Assembly (NCBI RefSeq): GCF_009914755.1
Contig: NC_060938.1
DNA from: the human T2T-CHM13v2.0 reference genome, Homo sapiens
Direction: 5' to 3' (one strand)
DNA length: 64,000 bases
Shown: positions 1 to 11,560 of the stretch, one piece after another
Position numbering within the stretch: the first letter of the stretch is position 1
How the letters are laid out: every line of letters starts with the position of its first letter
Notes under the pieces: model-generated
The model's database searches: none
The model's input: the letters and a program-made list of their open reading frames with translations, nothing else
What the model was told of the DNA's origin: nothing
Position numbers and translations under genes: made by a program

Positions 1-96
1 TTGTCTCTTCACTCTGATGATAGTTTCTTTTGCTGTGCAGAAACTCATTAGTTTAATTAGATTCCACATGTCAATTTTTGCTTTTGTTGCAATTGC
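1..96 (-). mobile_element. L1 (L1PA-like) fragment, antisense, truncated at window start
   Basis: TTCACTCTGATGATAGTTTCTTTTGCTGTGCAGAAACTCATTAGTTTAATTAGAT...TTTTGTTGCAATTGC matches the antisense strand of primate L1 ORF2. Confidence 0.8.
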
Positions 97-1063
97 AAAG
101 GCATCCATTTTAAATGCAAAATTAATAATTGAATTAATGTGACAAAAAAGAGGGTTTTCTGGCCAGTTGTAAAAAGAGCATGACCCAATTATAAAAATTA
201 ATCTAAACTTGCTCTCCTTTCATTTATTAGAATATTAGAGCACAGTCAAAATTTAGGATGTTTCATTCTTTTTACCATTTGCATTCTACCCTCCAGAATG
301 GATTATCATTGGTGAAGATCTTAGCTGGTAAGTCTCTGGGAAAAAGGCTATAGACCTATACAAATAATGCCCAAAGTTCTTGTCCTTTGGTGGGGTGTTT
401 ACTCAGAGGTATTCATTGTATTATAAAATAATGCATAAATGACTACATCTATATACAGAATTAAAAAAGAACAGGGATGAGAGTGTGTTACACACCAATA
501 ATTAGAATGAGTCCAATCAGAACATCTGTGGAATTATATATTTTTAATATCCCAAAACACTGAGTTTTATGAATAAATTAATAAATCAGGAATGTTCCTT
601 CTTTTGGTAAGTATCATATAGACAAAGAATAGTAATAGTCAACGTTTTTGTTCTGGGAGAATGGTGAGTTCAAGTTTGTCTTGTTAAGAGAAACAAATAA
701 ATAATTTCACAAATTTATCAATACCTAATTATAAATAGCTAAGCAAATTAACGGGGGAAACATGGATCAATTGAAAGAATTTTTGATATTTTCACTCCCT
801 TTTTGTAAGGAATATTCCTGCATATTTTGTGTATACATTTTTAAAGGTATAAAAGAATACATGTTTATTTTTCCTTTTTTTCACCATCTGCTTTCAGTTC
901 CATAGAAGGAACACACTTATCACTACAGTGATTCTGTAATGATGAAGACCTTTATGGGTCAGTGTGAGTAATGATCCAAGTTCTTGTCATTGTTGGGATG
1001 GTCCATTTAGGGTATTTAGTGTATGATAAAATAATACGTAATATAATCAATGAAGGCTACAGA

Positions 1064-1132
1064 AAAACCAATGATAAGATTGTATTATAAATCAAGGTTC
1101 ATGATGACTACTGTTTTGCACAACAGAAGCCC
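1064..1132 (+). pseudogene. SNORD112-like decayed snoRNA copy
   Basis: AACCAATGATAAGA...TTCATGATGA...TTTTGCACAACAGAAGCCC aligns by eye with SNORD112 as recalled; box D mutated to CAGA. Confidence 0.55.
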
Positions 1133-1877
1133 TTTTTAAAAGAAGAGCTCTACATTTTTAGCTCTGTGGGTATGGAATATGGAGTCAGATGTATGTAACT
1201 CTCATAGGTTTTATGTTGGGTGGTTCATTTAAGGGTATTCCTGATATTGTTAAAATGGATAATATGTTAATTAATAAGATGGAGCTCCATTCACGAACCA
1301 GAGATAACAATGTGGCATAAATCATTGTTTGTGTTCAATTTCTACGATGGTTACTTCACGTTTACTAAGTCGAAACCTAAATCTAGGTCTTTTCAGTTGG
1401 TAATTTCCTCTTTCATTTGGTAATATCATCTACAGGATGGGTAGACCAGAGCTGATTAAATTATTCTCCCATTGATGAGGAACTTTACCTTATCCCTCAG
1501 AGTAAGGAGAATGTCATATAATGTAAGTAATAAAGTTCTTGAGTTGGGTTGTTGGTTCATGATTTCTACTGTCATTTAAAAAGATAATTAAATTTTAAAA
1601 GGTCATACTAGGCCTATGATGAGAATGTGTTATGGACCGAAATTAATCCAATTTAGCACAAATGAAGTGTAAGAAAAAATTTAGCTTTCCCATTCATTTT
1701 CAATAGTTAAATGTCACATTGTATGTTTGTCTCATTGATTATTTAAAGACTCTTCTCTTGATAAAGGCTGTTACTCATTTATGGAGTCAGTATTCTAGTT
1801 GTTGAGTAGGATGGTGGTTCAAGTTTGTTCATTTGATATCTAAAAGTTGTTCAAATTAAATGTAGAGGGGCCATGTC

Positions 1878-1951
1878 TGGACCAATGATGTGAATGGAAT
1901 GCATCTGAATAAAAATTATGATCAATCAGTTTTTGGAACAACTGAGGTCCA
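1878..1951 (+). ncRNA. Box C/D snoRNA of the SNORD113/114 (14q) family, apparently intact
   Basis: 74 nt; terminal stem TGGACC/GGTCCA; box C variant ATGATGT (1885-1891); D' CTGA (1905-1908); C' ATGATCA (1918-1924); box D CTGA (1942-1945). Confidence 0.75.
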
Positions 1952-2126
1952 CTGCAAAATGAAGAACTAATATGTAAACCTTTGTGGGAATAATGTCAGG
2001 AAAGTTTGAGAATCTAGTTCTGGAGCTTGAGAGGGTTCACAGGTACTGATTTTATATGATTAGCAGATCCACTTGTGTGGATCAACACACAAGTATATTC
2101 ATGAGTAAAGAAAAAGAGGTTAAGAC

Positions 2127-2198
2127 ATGGACCAATTCTGAGGGCATGTTGTAAAGCAAGGAATATAATTAATTCAATTCTGAAATACCTTGGTCCAT
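2127..2198 (+). pseudogene. SNORD112/113-like decayed snoRNA copy
   Basis: 9-bp terminal stem ATGGACCAA/TTGGTCCAT retained; box C mutated (ATTCTGA); no box D at the canonical position. Confidence 0.55.
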
Positions 2199-2640
2199 CA
2201 AGAAAAAAAACAGATTAAATTTGTCACCACTTTGGGTAAGAAGCATCTAGATAGAAGTACTTAATAGTCAATGTTCTGTTCTTAGTTTGCTGTGGGTTCC
2301 CAGATGTTTGATTCATTAAGACAAAAAAATTAAAATTAAACAAACAAATACGTGTATAACTAAATAAATGGGTGCCAAGTATGAACCAATGATAAGGGTA
2401 CTTCATTATTTTCTATATCTGCTTTGTAACCCCACAGAACAGAGGTAACTTGGCTGTTTTAATAATTATTTAAAGGATGAAGATCTTGACTGTTACCCAT
2501 GTGGCAAGGAGAGTGTAGAACAGGGTGAGTCAGATTAAGTTTTTATTCTTGGTTTAGCCTTTTGTTAGAGATGATGATTAATTATTATTTGAAAAGAAGA
2601 AATGACTTTATGCAGTCATAAAATCCAAGAAGACCATGCC

Positions 2641-2706
2641 TGAACCAATGATAAGAATGAATCCTGCCAAGTGTCATGGTTAATTCATTTTGCAAAACGA
2701 GATCCA
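2641..2706 (+). pseudogene. SNORD112-like decayed snoRNA copy
   Basis: TGAACCAATGATAAGA...TCATGGTTAATTCATTTTGCAAAACGAGATCCA. Confidence 0.5.
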
Positions 2707-3090
2707 TTTAAAAAGAGGTTTGGTTTGCTATCTCTTAGATTAAGGAGATTATAGGCAGATTCTAGCCTTGGTCAAAGATCTTGTTTTTGGGTTAGTTGTG
2801 GTTCTCTTGAGTTTTGTTATTTTATTAAAAATAATAAATAGTTAAACAAGTACAAAGCATTTATGCTAGTAAAATTACAATGGCCACTCATGACCAATTT
2901 GGAGATTATATCATGAAACAAGGATTTGTTTAACTTTGGTTAACTGTTTTATCACTGTTTGAGGAGGTCATGGAAAGATTTAAATGATAGTCAATTTCTC
3001 CCCTCTTTCTTGGGAGTAGATTCTTTGTTGTTGACTTTGTTTTTGAAAATGAGTGACTGACTAAATTAATGAACGACAAAAACACTAGAA

Positions 3091-3167
3091 TGGACAAGAA
3101 TATTCAAATGATGACATTTCATGAAGCAAGAATTATGATCAACACAATTCTGCTTCCCTGAAATCCA
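3091..3167 (+). ncRNA. SNORD112/113-like C/D unit retaining boxes C, C' and D
   Basis: ATGATGA 3108-3114; ATGATCA 3135-3141; CTGA 3158-3161 followed by AATCCA; TGGA at 3091 displaced from box C. Confidence 0.45.
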
Positions 3168-3748
3168 TTTAACAGAAAAGAGTCAATCTGTTTTCTCTGT
3201 GTATAATGAGGTCAGAAACAGGTGTTAAAATATTCAGTGTTCTTGTTTTTGTATTTTGGTGGGTTCATGGAGTTGATTATTATGATTAAGGAAATAAGTA
3301 TATGAAAAAGTAAATTACAAGAGGGTAAATCATGAACCAGTGATTAAAATGTGTTTTGAAACAAAGATTGTAGGTATTTCAGTTCTGCACTGTGGACTTT
3401 TATGAAATGAAACCTTAATCTTTTGTATCTTTATTTTAATAGTACATAGTACCATTCTGCATATACTATGGATATATTTTAGACATTTTCTCATGCTACT
3501 TACATTCAGTTTTTTTCACTATCTGAGTTATAAATTCTAGTGAATTGATTTATTTGGAGGTGGTGGTAGGAAACCCCTATGCCCCATATTTTAAAATTTT
3601 CTGGCAGCTGATATCTAAGAGAGTACTAAAATGACTAATATTAAGGTATTAATTTCAGCTCAACAAGTATTGATGCTAACTCTTGTCAGACCCCATATGA
3701 GGAGTGAAATTTATATATGAATTTAGTCTAGTTCCACTCATTGAGTAG

Positions 3749-3888
3749 CTCTGTGAGATTAGATGGAGACCCACTTACAAATGCAGCAATTCAATAGAAT
3801 AGGGCAGGTAGATGGGTTCTCTGTGAGACTAGAGGGAGACCCACTTATACATGCAGCAATTTGATAAAATAGGACAGGTAGATGGGCT
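3749..3888. repeat. 70-bp tandem duplication (2 copies)
   Basis: CTCTGTGAGA.TAGA.GGAGACCCACTTA...GGTAGATGGG starts at 3749 and again at 3819. Confidence 0.9.
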
Positions 3889-4039
3889 TTCTAGAAGCAC
3901 AGAAGGTATGCCTTCAGCTCAATCTCAGTGTCAGTTGAGTTGTGGAAGAGATGACTCCTGAGCCAGTGACAGACTCATTAGTCCATAGCTCCGCAAAGCT
4001 GGGGACCACACTCCTCTCCTTCACTGCTCTGCCCCTTGT

Positions 4040-4878
4040 GCCTTACATGGACAGCACATGCAATAAGCATCTGTTGAATGAATAGGTGAATACATGGTGA
4101 ATAAAAGAATGGAGGAGTGAAGCAGTATATGAACAAATGAGTCTTTGAGTAGACAAAGGAACGAATAAATGAAGTAATGAAAATGGGAATGAGTACACGA
4201 ATGAGTGAATGGATCAATGATAGGTCCATGAGTGACTGAATCAGTGATAAGTGGATAAATGCATGGCGAGTTAATGAGTGGGTGAGTTCATGTGTAAGTA
4301 AAAATGTCACAAAGTGAATGAGTGGATGATGAATGACTAAGTCATTGAGCGAATGAATGGAAGATTAATAGGTCAAGTAGTCAAGAAATGAAAGACAAAC
4401 ATGTAAATGGATGAGTGAATCAATGGGTCCATGAATTCTTGAATGAATTTATGAATTAACAGATAAATGAAAGTCAATGAGTAATGAGAAAATAAATGAA
4501 TAGATGAGTCTATGTATGAATCAATCAATGAGTTAATGACTCATTGAAGAACCAAATGAATGAATTAATCTAGGAATTAGTGAGTTTACTAATGAATAAC
4601 TCAAAGAAAGAGGAAACAACCAAATAAATTAACTGGATAAATAAGTCAGTGAATGAAACAAATTATGAGCGAATAGATAGACAAAGGGATGGATAATTGA
4701 TGGATATATTACAGCTAGTGAATAAAAGAGTGAATTAGTGAGTGAGCAAATGAGTCAGTGAATGAGTATGTAATCAAGGAATAAATTAGCTCTGGGAATG
4801 AGTAAGTGAATAAGTGAATGAGTCAATAAATTAGTGAATTAGTCACTTATTGAAGCATAAGGCAGTGAGTGAATGAAC
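4040..4878 (+). repeat. L2 3' end followed by an expanded degenerate (TGAA/TGAG/TGGA)n tract
   Basis: GCAATAAGCATCTGTTGAATGAAT L2-type tail, then ~800 bp of tetranucleotide-like repeat. Confidence 0.75.
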
Positions 4879-4974
4879 TCACACTGGGACTCTTTCCCTG
4901 ACTGTTCAACAGAGAGTAGTCATGCCCCAGCTTCACACCACAGCATAAATAACTCAATCAGAGCACCCACCCTA

Positions 4975-5122
4975 CGCTATCGTGGGCGTTTGTTTACATG
5001 TCATCACTAAACTGATGTGCCGCAGGGGCCAGGAACTGGGTCAAATTATTCTCTGTATCCCTGGTGCCTGCCCAGCTCTGAGCCTCGGAAGAGCACAGTA
5101 AATTGTTGCTGAATGAATGAAC
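4975..5122 (+). mobile_element. L2 3' end fragment
   Basis: TCTCTGTATCCCTGGTGCCTG...CAGTAAATTGTTGCTGAATGAATGAA. Confidence 0.65.
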
Positions 5123-7559
5123 GATAGCTAAAAATACATTGGCTTTTTTGGAACCAGGATGGCCCATCTGAGAATGGTCTGGGAGCTGTTCTTTGGGGAG
5201 ATGTGCTGTGTGTCAGATGGTTTGTGGCATCCTCCTACGCAAGTCTAGATTCTGCCTTGAATCCAGCTTCCTGTGTCCAGTGCCAGACAGCGAGACAGGA
5301 TACTGGCAGTTCGGACTGCCCTGGACATTGCCCCATCCTTGGGCAATGCTGGCATGGCATGGTGAAATGAAAGCCCTAGGTCTTCCCGAAAGCTGCCCTT
5401 GCCTCTGCCAAGACAGGAGATCAGAAATAACCCGGTCTTGTTTTTATGCCTCCAGCGAGTGGGCCCACTCCATGCCTTTCCAAGCAACCACATTCCTCCT
5501 TGCTGTAGTTGTGGGACACTGGGTTGAAGCACCCCTTGACCTTTATCTGGTAGATGAGAATAACAATCCCTGTCTGGCTGGGTGGATGTGCTGCTTTACG
5601 GGAGATTATTTAATACATGTTACATAGGTAGCATGGTACCTGGGAGGAAAGAGATGTCTCAGAAATGTTACATGCCAGTTTTCATCATCCCCACCTAACG
5701 TAGCTATATTTGATTATTTCAAATGCATTAATTTAAAAGCTCTCAAATGGATGTGATACTCAAATTCCCCTCTTCCAGAAGATTGGAGAGTTCAACTGAG
5801 TTCTAGGAAGAACACCAGTCTGGATGGTATTCTGGGCTAGTCCAGACCTTCAAGATGGCATGGCACGCCCTTCTACCAGGGAACAGACAACCAGAAAAAT
5901 GAATTGGCAATACCCACGCTCTATGTAGGACACATACACAAGACCCACCCTTCACCTCTCTACCCTTCCCTCCCTTCCTTCATTCAACACATAGGTATTC
6001 AGGGCCCACTGTATGCCTCACACTGACCATTTCTTGTCTTCTCTTGTCTTGGCTGGCTCCTGACCCTGGATTTCATCTCTCACTGGTGTTCTCACGTCCT
6101 TCGTTTGAACTTGGCGATTGGTTCTTGGTCATCTGGTGTGGATACTGCCCTCTCCTTCGTGAGGACTTGATTTGGGCTTCCTACTTCAGAGCACGCCAAG
6201 TAGACTCCCCCTTCTTAGTTTGGGGTATTGGGACCCCTATTCTGACTCTTCCAGATCGGCCGTTTTCCATCTGGGTGAGCTCCAGCCCCTTATAAGAGGA
6301 GCTTAGGCTGTGTTGGTGGCAGGGAGACCTCTGAACGCTGGGGTTGGGCAGCAACGTCAGCACAGAAGGCTTCGGACTAGACTCTGAGGTTTGCTTGGTG
6401 CCTGGAAGCTGATCTAGGAGAGAGGAGTTAGGTTGTCACTGCCCCTCTGTCCACAGAATTCCTTGGATAATGAGGCAAAACAACCTCAGAGCATTCAGCA
6501 ACTTACAATTAATTTAGTTTTCCCATCCCTCCCACTGGTTACTCACCTGTGCTGGGCCTGACACAAATGTCACCCCCTCTCCTATCTTCACAGCCCCCTG
6601 CCCTCTCCCCTAGCTTCCTTTCCACAGTCCTCTGTTCACACCTGCCCTTTCTCACTCCTCCGTACTCATGCCAGAACCCACATCACATTGTCTGCTATGA
6701 GCTGCCAATTTATCCCAAAGGGCTATGAGCTTCTTGAGGACAGGTGTTCTTTTTATGTCATTATAGCCCACAGAAGGTCTAGACATCAGGGAATGTTAGG
6801 TGAATTAGGTGTTCATCCAGTCATTCATTTATGCAAAAGGTATCGGGCCCTTTCTGTGTGCTACAGGCTGGGTGGTAGAAATAAGTAACCTATCTTAAAA
6901 GAAGTAAGAGAGACACCACCTCTGCTCTTATAGAGCTCCAAGTCTTGGGTGAGAGATTTTAAGCAAATGTTTCTGGCAAAAGAATTTAATTACACTCGTG
7001 ATAAGTGCTATGAAGCCATGGCTCTAGGGACTGTCATTCGCTTGGCCAGCTGGGTTGGTCCTGATGCTCACAGGAAGTTCCCCTTGCTTCTCTCCTTGGC
7101 TTTGAGGAGAGACTGAGAGAAGGACAGGACTCTAGCCATGGTCAGAGATGGCCAGTGGCTTTGGCCCTCTGGGGTCAGGTCCGTGGGGTGTTTGGACATC
7201 TAGGAGGAAAGAGAAATGACTGGACCTGGGGGTTTGTGCTTGGCTGTTACTTGAGTTCTGCTTGATAATGACCTGGGCGGTTGTGAGCCGTCAAACCCTG
7301 CCCTTCACTCAAGCACCTCACTTGTTAACAAAATCTCTGCTGAGTGTCAGGGTTTGATCTTCCCTGGTCAGCTTCCAAGTATTTCTCTCAGATATTTTGC
7401 CAAATGACAAACTAAAGGTAGACTGGAATATGAGTTGACCTTTTCTTTTTCTTCCACTGCATTTCATTCTGAGTTTCTTAAAGTGGTTGCCTGAGAAACA
7501 GTGATATCCTGCAGGCAGCCGGGCCACTGGGCATGTGCTGTTCCAGGCATCATCCCAGC

Positions 7560-8240
7560 TGCCTCCTCCTTCTGCCTTTGCTGTTCAGTCTCCACCAAAG
7601 CACCCATCTCTCCTCTGTAGCACCTCCAGTGAGCTCGCAGGTCCCTTTTCTCATCTGGACCACCATGCCGCCCAGGCTTCCCTCATCTTGGGCTGGTCTT
7701 TCTGCTCCCACCTCCACTCTGTTCTCTTCCTGGGCGATGGAGTTAGAGCGGTCTTTCTAGAATGCATGACCCAGAGTCCCTGCTCCTGAGAGCCCGCTCA
7801 TGGCTCCCACAGGCCCCAGGATGGAGGCCCAGTTCCTTCCCTCCTGCCACGCCTCCCACTACATGCCCCCTGCCCTTGTGTGCTGCCTGGCAGAGCCTCC
7901 CCGGGTCTCCGGGCGTGTGTGTCTCTATGCCTTTGTCCCTGATCCCCTCCCTGTGGTCACCCTCCCACTGCTCCATAGATGCAAGACTTCTCTTGCTTCC
8001 CTCCCCAAGGTGGGCTATGTTGCCCCACACTCTGAACTGTTACAAGGCCATGAACTTGACCTTCATTCATAACATCTGTTGTTTGGTCATGATTTGTTTA
8101 GGTGTCTGCTTCCACAACCAGACCTTCAGCTCCCTGGGTATAGGTGCTCTGTCCTGGGCACCTCAGACTCCCCCACTGTCCAGTACACAACCCAGTGCAG
8201 AGGAGCTGATCATTAAGAACGTTAGTTGAATTGAAGGAAT
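7560..8240 (+). mobile_element. Degenerate L2 element
   Basis: Pyrimidine-rich L2-like body (CTCATCTGGACCACCATG, GCGGTCTTTCTAGAATGCA) ending GTTAGTTGAATTGAA; bounds approximate. Confidence 0.5.
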
Positions 8241-10162
8241 GAGTGGATGCACAAAAGGATAGTTGTATGGTCATACTGGGGCACAAATTATATCCCTGGC
8301 AGAGAACTGGGGTCCCTGGCATGGCGGAATAGCACCTCCTTCTCCAGCCAACTCCACTTTGCCTTCCACCTGCGACTCATTAAGAGATATGTAACCTTAA
8401 TCCTTGAAATTGCCTGGGACGGAGCATGTTTTCACTCAATGGCATGAACATGGGGATTTTTTTCCTTTCTTAAATAAATCTCACTCCCCCAGGAAGCTTG
8501 GACAGGATGTGGGCAATCGAACTAGCTCTTGAAACTGAACGTTTTGCAAAAGGCCCCTTTCGAAATTTGAAACCCTGTGGCCACCGGCCAGAGCTGAGTC
8601 TGGCTTGTGGGGTTCGCGGGGGCCTCCTGAAAGAAGGGAAGGAAAGATTGAAAATAAACCTAGGCTGATGGTTTGTGAGACAGAATTCCGAGGTCTGGTT
8701 TTGCTTCTCTGATGAAACTTGAGTGAGCTTGGCTATCCTCTTTAGCTCTTCTTTCGAACCTTTGGCCGAAGGCTCCAACCCTCCCAAAGGCAGAAGGGAG
8801 CTTAATTTGTCCTGAAATGGATGGGACAAGTGTGCAGGCACTAGGTGGGATGGGAGCTTTATCTCAGTTTGGGAGGAGAGGGAACTCAGGGCCAGGGCCA
8901 GCGATTGTACAGTCCCACTCAGAGGGCGGAGTGGCTGGAGGCTGACCCTTCTCCCAGGGAGCAGGCGCTGGGTGGACCCTGACACTGGGGAGAATGAAAG
9001 GAAAATTGTATCATGCCTATTGTGTGCCAGGCAGAGCTAGCAGTTCCCCTTTCATCTGGGCAATGTCCCGGGCGGGTGATGTCAGTTCCTCATTGTGCAG
9101 ACAAGGAAACTGAGACCTGGGGCCCATCCCATCCACGATCAGGGCCCAGGCAGCTCCGACTCAATGTTCAGTGCTCTCTGCAGGCGTCCGGGCACTTGCC
9201 ATGCAGAGCAGTGACCAAGGATCACAGATGCAGTGGGCCGGGGGGGGATGGCAGAAAACAAAGGGTTAGGGTACCCGGATGCCAGGTTCTCAGTGCTGGT
9301 GTCCTCACAACTGGCTATCCCTATGCCCCTGCTGTCCTCAGTGGGTGGACACTGGACCTGGACTGACCCCTGGGACAGGAGGATTCAAGGTGTCTTGTTC
9401 TCTTTTGATTTCTTTTATCTTTTCTCTGCCAGGAAAGATACTGATCTCTGTTCTTGGTTAAGTTCCAAGAACCATCTAAGTTTCGTGCCCCTCAGCTGTA
9501 AAAGGGAAGTACATTTCATTTGTTTATTCTGTAAAACTCTCGGTGTGTGCCATGGCCATGCACTGATGATGAGCACATGTGTGCGGCCCCTGCCCCCGTG
9601 GAGCGCATGCATGGTCCTCCAGCCAGAGACCGCGCTGGGAGAAATCAGGGGTTCACTCCTGGTCGGAGGTGAGCATCTGCCTCTGCATGCAGGAAGGCAT
9701 CTCATGAAACCCCAAAGGCCTGGCAGCCCCTGCACATGGAAGGAGTCACTCTCCTCCATGTGGGGTGAGCCACGCTGGCCTTGTGGCATTCACGTGTTCC
9801 CTCCACCTGCTTCTCCAGCGTGAAGGGGACCTCAATGTCCTCTGATGACCTTCTTGAAGAGAGACATTTCCTTCCTTCATTGGAGGCTTTAGACGGAGCC
9901 AGTGACAGCTCAGCTCTGGCTGTTTCCCATCTGTGAAATGGGAAGAGGGAGGATGGCACGAGTCCCTTGCCCTCACCAAACTGGCCGCTAGAGAGAGGAA
10001 AGATGTTTCCATTCTGATCCCCACTCACCTCCACCCCATCCTTCCAGGCTTCTGATCCTCATTGTAATTTTGGAGCTATTTGGTGATATTGTCTTTGTCC
10101 TTGGATCCGAGGCTTCTCCTACCAACTCATTGTTTTTTCAACGTGACAAAATAAAAGCCCTG

Positions 10163-10638
<476 letters not shown>

Positions 10639-11252
10639 TCAGCTGCCCACCCCCCAACCCATTGCTGCTGGGCTCCTGGCTTCATTTATTGATGGACTCT
10701 CCTGTGGGGTTCTCCGGGGAACCCCAAGCCAGAGTTCAGACTTCATAAGGGGCTGCTTAACTGACACCCTCTGTCACAGGGTTCCCCTGTCCTCCTCTGC
10801 GACCCTGGCCCCTGGCCCACTCATTTGCGCGCAGCTGTGCTCTACATTCCCACCCCCTGCTCCCTGCAAAACCCCACTGCCCTGCAGGCTACAAATCCAA
10901 AGATTGGGTGCTCATCAGAGTTGGAGAAGCCATATTGGAGGGGAGGGGTCCCAAAGGTAGCAGCAACCCCTTTAAAGCCATGGAGTTGGGTGCCAAGGGC
11001 CACCCGGGGCCCTCTGGTCCCCTGCTGCTGCATTAAAGGTCTCCTGGCTTCTTCTCCTTCCAGGCTTCCTCCTTGCCATCCTTTCTCGGGGACTGTGGCT
11101 TGGTCATGATGTGTGGCCTGGGTTTGGATTTGTATTGTGAGGAAGAGGAGACAGAGTGGGGTGTGTCACAAAGGCTGAGATGAGCAGGAAATCAAGCCTT
11201 GCTAGTTGGTTTTCTGGAGTGGAATTGAGCCTTAAGAAATGAGATTTGTGAG

Positions 11253-11560
11253 GGCCAGGTGTGGTGGCTCATGCCTGTAATCCCGGTGCTTTGGGAGACC
11301 AGGTGGGAGGCTAGCTTGAGGCCGAGAGACCAGCCTGGGTAACATAGCAAGACCCAGTCTCTACAAAAAATAAAAAGATGAGCTGGGTGTGTTGGTGCAT
11401 GCCTGCGGTCCCAGCTACTCAGGAGTCTGAGGTGGGAGGATCTCTGGGGTCCTTGGGATGCCCCCCTACCCCCACATCTAGCGTGGCTTTGTGCCACTGC
11501 ACTCCAGCCTGGGTGATAGAGCAAGGTCCTATCTCTAAGAAAAGAAGAAAGAAAAAAAAA
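11253..11560 (+). mobile_element. AluJ-like element
   Basis: Dimeric Alu, A-rich tail, degenerate TSD AAATGAG..TGTGAG; non-Alu segment in right arm. Confidence 0.9.

Larger units (their letters stand above)
170..3400 (+). repeat. Degenerate tandem array of SNORD112/113/114-like C/D snoRNA units (~250-bp period)
   Basis: Recurring TG(G/A)ACCAATGAT(G/A)A heads and ..TCCA tails near 1066, 1294, 1610, 1878, 2128, 2382, 2641, 2891, 3105, 3333. Confidence 0.7.

Noticed and set aside
5128-5137. CTAAAAATAC as the MEF2 site reported upstream of the cluster
   Set aside because: One mismatch to CTA(A/T)4TAG, adjacent to an L2 tail; cannot be supported without conservation or ChIP data
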